Shown: in pieces, positions 59,966 to 64,000 of the stretch | Layout: each line of letters starts with the position of its first letter | Numbering within the stretch: the stretch's first letter is position 1 | NCBI GenBank assembly: GCA_043821645.1 | Contig: JBDRCO010000023.1 | Location: 1-64,000, forward strand | Length of the DNA: 64,000 bases | Source of the DNA: Pseudomonadota bacterium | GTDB taxonomy: Bacteria > Myxococcota > JACRCW01 > JAFGSX01 | Direction: 5' to 3' | Notes under the pieces: model-generated | Seen by the model: the letters and a program-made list of their open reading frames with translations, nothing else | What the model was told of the DNA's origin: nothing | Databases searched by the model: none | Translations under genes and position numbers: made by a program

Positions 59966-61183
59966 TCAGTCCCGGATACACCGGCTGCTGTCCGCGGCCG
60001 GCGACAGGCAGCGCTCGTTGGCGTTGCAGTCGCCGTCGCCGTCGCACTCATCCACCATCACGGTCAGGCGATAAGGCCCGTCGTCACTCCCCGCGTAGCC
60101 ATCCGCCACGATGGTCAGCGTGCTGTAGCTGGGGTTGTTGAGCACCAGCACCTCGGGCTGGTTGTTGGGGTAGCTGTCGGCGCAGCCCACGTTGGTGGAT
60201 CCGCAGATCGAGGCCGCCACGTACACCGCGCTATCCCAGGAGCTGGTGCTGGGACCGGCCTCCAGGGTAATGGTGACCTTCTGCACTGCCCGGGGCAGGT
60301 TGAACTCGTAGATGTCCTCGGGGCCGTTCGCGCTGCCGCAGCTCCCGGTCGGGCTAAAGTTGCTGTCCGCGTCCGAGGTGTTGCCCTCGACGCTCACCGT
60401 CATGCTGTCGTCCCAGGGATAGGGGATGTACGCCATCTCGTTGTCGCAGTCGTGGCCGCTGACGCAGGCATAGGTCGAGCTGCAGTGCCCGTAGTAGCCG
60501 ACGCTGCAATGCTCGTCGTAGATGCACGCCCGCACCAGGCAGGTCCCCGTGTACTTCTCGCACTTGCCCGTGGCGCAGTCCCCGTCGACCGCGCAGGCCA
60601 CGCAGGCGCCATTCTGGCACGCCGGGGTGGGTGCATTGCAGGGGCCACAGGAACCGCCGCACCCGTCGTCACCGCAGACACGTGTGCCACAGTGCGCTGT
60701 GCATGCTGCGTCGGCGGAGCCCGCGTCGGTGCCACCGGCGTCGCTGCCCAACGCCGCGTCTGTCGACGTCGCGTCTGCTGACGTCGCGCCATCCTGCGAC
60801 GAGGCCTGGTCCTGACCCACGGCGGCATCCGGCGTCGCGGTATCCGGGGCGGAGGTCCTGTCCGGGGCCACTGCAGCGTCACTCGGCGGCCTGGTGTCGT
60901 GCTGGCTCGCGGTGTCGAGCTGCGCGCTGCTGTCCCGCTGCGTCGCCGTGTCCGGGGCGCTGGACGTATCCGGCTGCCAGGTGTCCGCGTGCACCACCAC
61001 ATCCGCGGGCACACCCGCGTCCGAGATCAGCACCACCGGCCGTCGTGCGATGCAGGCCTGGTTGACGCAGATCTCGCGCTCGCTGCAGTCCGCCTCGGTC
61101 TGGCAGGGCTGTGCACCGGGGCAAGCCAGCTGCACGGGCAGAGTCGCGACACTGCACAAGGCGACGACCTGGAATGCTTTCAC
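59966..61183 (-). CDS. Cys-rich exported (lipo)protein with low-complexity linker and PPC-like beta domain
   Basis: LAC lipobox-like; C..D.DC repeats; CGDDGCGGSCG; GPEDIYEF...WDSAVYV...IVADGY. Confidence 0.75.
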   Translation of the reverse strand: MKAFQVVALCSVATLPVQLACPGAQPCQTEADCSEREICVNQACIARRPVVLISDAGVPADVVVHADTWQPDTSSAPDTATQRDSSAQLDTASQHDTRPPSDAAVAPDRTSAPDTATPDAAVGQDQASSQDGATSADATSTDAALGSDAGGTDAGSADAACTAHCGTRVCGDDGCGGSCGPCNAPTPACQNGACVACAVDGDCATGKCEKYTGTCLVRACIYDEHCSVGYYGHCSSTYACVSGHDCDNEMAYIPYPWDDSMTVSVEGNTSDADSNFSPTGSCGSANGPEDIYEFNLPRAVQKVTITLEAGPSTSSWDSAVYVAASICGSTNVGCADSYPNNQPEVLVLNNPSYSTLTIVADGYAGSDDGPYRLTVMVDECDGDGDCNANERCLSPAADSSRCIRD

Positions 61184-61435
61184 GATGCCGCTCCGTCAAA
61201 TGCGTGGCCCGGGTCGGGCTCGGGCAGGACTGTCCTGAAGCACCCTAGCAGTCGCCTTGCCGGCGCCTCAAGCGGAGGCGCCCCCGGCCGAGGTCTCCCC
61301 CAGGACAACCTGGGAATGACATGAACAGGGTGTAACATATTGCATTTGCTCTGTTATTTTTTTCTTTCCCAGACCACATCCAGAACCCTGGCTGCGCCGG
61401 TCCAACGGTCAGGTCCAGCGCGACAGGAGGTTCAC

Positions 61436-61579
61436 ATGTCTTTACTCGATAACATTCAGACCATCGACCTGGTCTTTTTACCGATGCTGCTCTTGCTCGT
61501 GCTGGCGGTTGTGGTCGAATTCCTGGCCTCCTACCAGATGCCTCCGTTCAGCCCTGGCATCTCCTTCACGAGGAGTTGA
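61436..61579 (+). CDS. putative 47-aa single-TM small protein
   Basis: AGGAGG RBS; hydrophobic LVFLPMLLLLVLAVVV; stop 3 nt before the next gene. Confidence 0.5.
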   Translation: MSLLDNIQTIDLVFLPMLLLLVLAVVVEFLASYQMPPFSPGISFTRS

Positions 61580-61582
61580 ACC

Positions 61583-62233
61583 ATGCGCCAGATCTCCCTC
61601 CACCTGTTCTTTGCGTCGACTCTGGTCCTCGTCGCTGCCTCGGCGCGGGGCCAGGATCTCGCCGGCACGGCGGTCGAGACAGGTACAGAATCCACCTCTC
61701 CCTCGTTGGACGCCGGAACCGGCGCCGGGTCGCAGCCAGCCGTGGTCCCGGACAGAGATCTCACGCCCGAGGTGATGCAAAAGCTGTCGGCCGAGCAGAT
61801 CGTCGATCTGATCAAGACCCGGCAGAAGCAAGAGCTCATCCTGGGCAACGGGTCGAGTCCGGCGGCCACCGAGACCTGGGGCGTCGAGGTCATCGTGCCC
61901 GTCGCCTTCCTGTTCTGCGTCGGTTTCATCGTGGCCAGCGTGCTTTTCTTCCGCTTCCGTCGCCACAGGTTGATCCAGGAAACCCTGCGCCTGATGGTCG
62001 AGAAAGGCCGCGACATCCCGCCCGAGCTGCTGGTGCCGGTGACGCCACCGCGCTCGGACCTGAGGCGAGGCATCCTGCTCATTTCCGTGGGGGTGGGAGT
62101 ATCGACCTTCCTGCTGCTGGTGGCCGAAGAGGCCGAAGGTGCCTGGGGCCTGGGCATGATCCCCCTGCTCATAGGTGTCGCCTATCTCGTGGTCTACAGG
62201 CTGGCTGGTGATGGCACCCGCTCGAACAGCTAG
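61583..62233 (+). CDS. DUF6249-like membrane protein
   Basis: ETLRLMVEKGRDIPPELL...DLRRGILL...GLGMIPLLIG. Confidence 0.75.
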   Translation: MRQISLHLFFASTLVLVAASARGQDLAGTAVETGTESTSPSLDAGTGAGSQPAVVPDRDLTPEVMQKLSAEQIVDLIKTRQKQELILGNGSSPAATETWGVEVIVPVAFLFCVGFIVASVLFFRFRRHRLIQETLRLMVEKGRDIPPELLVPVTPPRSDLRRGILLISVGVGVSTFLLLVAEEAEGAWGLGMIPLLIGVAYLVVYRLAGDGTRSNS

Positions 62234-62254
62234 CCAGAGGCGGACGGCACAGGC

Positions 62255-62797
62255 ATGGCACTGTCCGACGCCGATCTGGTCGCGCGCGTCCTCGCCGGAG
62301 ACGACAGGCACGCCTTCGCCGAGCTCGTGCGCCGCCACCAGTCCACAGTGCGCGGCCTGCTGCGGCGCCTCACCTGTGGCGATGCAGCCTGGGCCGACGA
62401 CCTGGCCCAGGATACCTTCGTGCGCTCCTACCGCGGGCTGGCCGGGTTTCGTGGAGGCGCACGCCTGTCGACCTGGATGTACCGCATCGCCTATCATTGC
62501 TACCTCGACGACCTGCAGCGTCGACGCAGGGCAGAGGTGAAGGTCGATGGCACGGTGCACAAGGACATGGGTTTTGCTCGCCGCGCGGCCTTGCAGCACG
62601 ACGTCGAGCGCGCCATGGGTGTGCTCGACGAGCGAGAACGGGCGGTGATCGCCCTGGCCTACGGGCAGGACCTGAGCCAGCAGGATCTGGCGGACCTGCT
62701 GGACATGCCCCTGGGCACGGTCAAGACCGTGCAGGCCCGGGCCAAGGACAAGCTACGGGTGCGGCTCCAGGTCTGGGCGGACGGAGGTACGGCATGA
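62255..62797 (+). CDS. ECF sigma-70 factor
   Basis: AFAELVRRHQ, ADDLAQDTF, TWMYRIA, PLGTVKT. Confidence 0.93.
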   Translation: MALSDADLVARVLAGDDRHAFAELVRRHQSTVRGLLRRLTCGDAAWADDLAQDTFVRSYRGLAGFRGGARLSTWMYRIAYHCYLDDLQRRRRAEVKVDGTVHKDMGFARRAALQHDVERAMGVLDERERAVIALAYGQDLSQQDLADLLDMPLGTVKTVQARAKDKLRVRLQVWADGGTA

Positions 62798-63108
62798 CGG
62801 AGCAGCGCGACTGGCTCGACGAAGTGCTGGAGCAGACCTCGCACATTGACGACGCGGGCTTCTCGGACCAGGTGATGGCAAAGCTGCCTGCGCGACGCCA
62901 GCGCGCCGGGCTCCGCGATCTGGTCCTGGCCGTGGCGGCTCTGGGTGGCGGCCTGCTGGCCTTCGTGGTCACCCCCGGCCTGCGCGTACTGGGCGGGGCC
63001 GCACTCGAGGTCGTGCGCTACCACCCGGGAGCGAGCATCCCCGTGCTGTCGCTGCTGCTGTTGCTGACCTTTGCCACGGTGAGCGCGATCCTGGTGCAGG
63101 AGAACTGA
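62794..63108 (+). CDS. probable membrane anti-sigma factor
   Basis: ATGA overlap with the sigma gene; IDDAGFSDQVMAKLP followed by two TM helices. Confidence 0.7.
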   Translation: MTEQRDWLDEVLEQTSHIDDAGFSDQVMAKLPARRQRAGLRDLVLAVAALGGGLLAFVVTPGLRVLGGAALEVVRYHPGASIPVLSLLLLLTFATVSAILVQEN

Positions 63109-63130
63109 GCGCTGCACGTGACAGACTTCG

Positions 63131-63805
63131 CTATCCCCTGATCATGGGTACGAAGCGCACAGCCACACCGTGGCTCATGCGGGAGCTGCCGTCCTGTCGC
63201 TTCTCGACGACGACCAGTTCCTGATCCGCACCTCCCACCGGGAGCACCAGGCGACCGCCCGGCGCCAGCTGGTCGATCAGCGCGCGAGGGATCTCCAGCG
63301 GCGCCGCAGCCCCCACGATCAGGTCGTAGGGTGCGTGCTCGAGCCAACCCTGGTAGCCGTCGGCACAGGCCACGGTCACGTTGCCGTAGCCAAGCCGGGC
63401 CAGCCTCTGCACGGCGGCCCCGGCCAGAGCCTGCAGCAGCTCGACCGAATAAACCTCGGCCACCAGCTCGCCCAGCACTGCAGCCTGGTAGCCAGAACCC
63501 GTGCCCACGTCGAGCACGCGAGCGCTCGCGGTCGGCCGCGCCAGCTGGGTGGTCAGGGCCACGATGTAGGGCTGCGAGATGGTCTGGCCCTGCCCCAGGG
63601 GCAACGGGCGATCGTCGTAGGCTTCGCGCTCCAGGGTCGGCGACACGAAGCAATGTCGAGGTACCCGCTCCATCGCATCGAGCACGCGCGGGTCCTGGAT
63701 ATCCCGCGACCGAAGCTGCCGCGCCACCATGTCCAGGCGGCGCGTGCGCTGCTCCCAGCTCTCATCCGGATCGCGGGGCCCGCGCCCCTCATCCCCCGCG
63801 TGCAT
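63131..63805 (-). CDS. pcm: protein-L-isoaspartate O-methyltransferase
   Basis: VPRHCFV, GQTISQPYIVA, LDVGTGSGYQAA, VRFVPM. Confidence 0.95.
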   Translation of the reverse strand: MHAGDEGRGPRDPDESWEQRTRRLDMVARQLRSRDIQDPRVLDAMERVPRHCFVSPTLEREAYDDRPLPLGQGQTISQPYIVALTTQLARPTASARVLDVGTGSGYQAAVLGELVAEVYSVELLQALAGAAVQRLARLGYGNVTVACADGYQGWLEHAPYDLIVGAAAPLEIPRALIDQLAPGGRLVLPVGGADQELVVVEKRQDGSSRMSHGVAVRFVPMIRG

Positions 63806-63900
63806 GCTCGCATTGTAGCGCGCAACCGGCGCTGGACGAAGCTGGCCCCGGGAGCTCGCCGGGGACTGGCCCGCGGGCTCATCCGACGACGGAAAAAGGC

Positions 63901-63929
63901 TTGACCGTGCGACGGTGGTTCGCTACGAC
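63901..63929 (+). promoter_or_regulatory. putative sigma70 promoter of the tRNA
   Basis: TTGACC-N17-TACGAC just upstream of the tRNA. Confidence 0.5.
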
Positions 63930-63943
63930 AGCGCGACCAGCTC

Positions 63944-64000
63944 GGCCAGGTAGCTCAGTTGGTAGAGCAGTGGACTGAAAATCCACGTGTCGACGGTTCA
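63944..64000 (+). tRNA. tRNA-Phe(GAA), truncated by window edge
   Basis: GGCCAGG-TA-GCTC AGTTGGTA GAGC-A-GTGGA CTGAAAA TCCAC-GTGTC-GACGG TTCA. Confidence 0.95.

Noticed and set aside
63944-64000. tRNA-associated integration site
   Set aside because: The tRNA 3' end lies outside the window; no integrase or att duplicate seen

Overview
High-GC bacterial chromosomal segment, most likely Myxococcota (MYXO-CTERM-type tail, myxobacterial PilZ, DUF4388-like, PEGA and Cys-rich lipoprotein genes). About 50 CDS plus a tRNA-Phe cut by the right edge. Housekeeping genes include asnS, a PilT-family ATPase, rseP, rng, a TIGR03960-type radical SAM gene, radC, pepD and pcm, mixed with many secreted hydrolases and signalling proteins. 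The strongest candidate for an uncharacterised system is a tightly packed 8-gene operon at 7058-15035. It encodes PspA/IM30 (ESCRT-III superfamily), a membrane-anchored solute-binding protein fused to an OmpA peptidoglycan-binding domain, ABC permease and ATPase, a membrane coiled-coil protein, a CDC48-like double-AAA ATPase, a TerB-like protein and an amphipathic coiled-coil protein. Other notable items: an orphan 627-aa protein ending in a T3SS-needle-like helix; an EF-hand/coiled-coil/hydrophobic-hairpin toxin-like gene behind a sigma54-like promoter; a stand-alone PilT N-terminal domain; a 3-copy double-hairpin repeat whose first hairpin differs in sequence but keeps its length and pairing; and a ~9 kb surface-protein block between the radical SAM gene and rng. 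Family assignments come from motif recognition by eye; no database searches were run.
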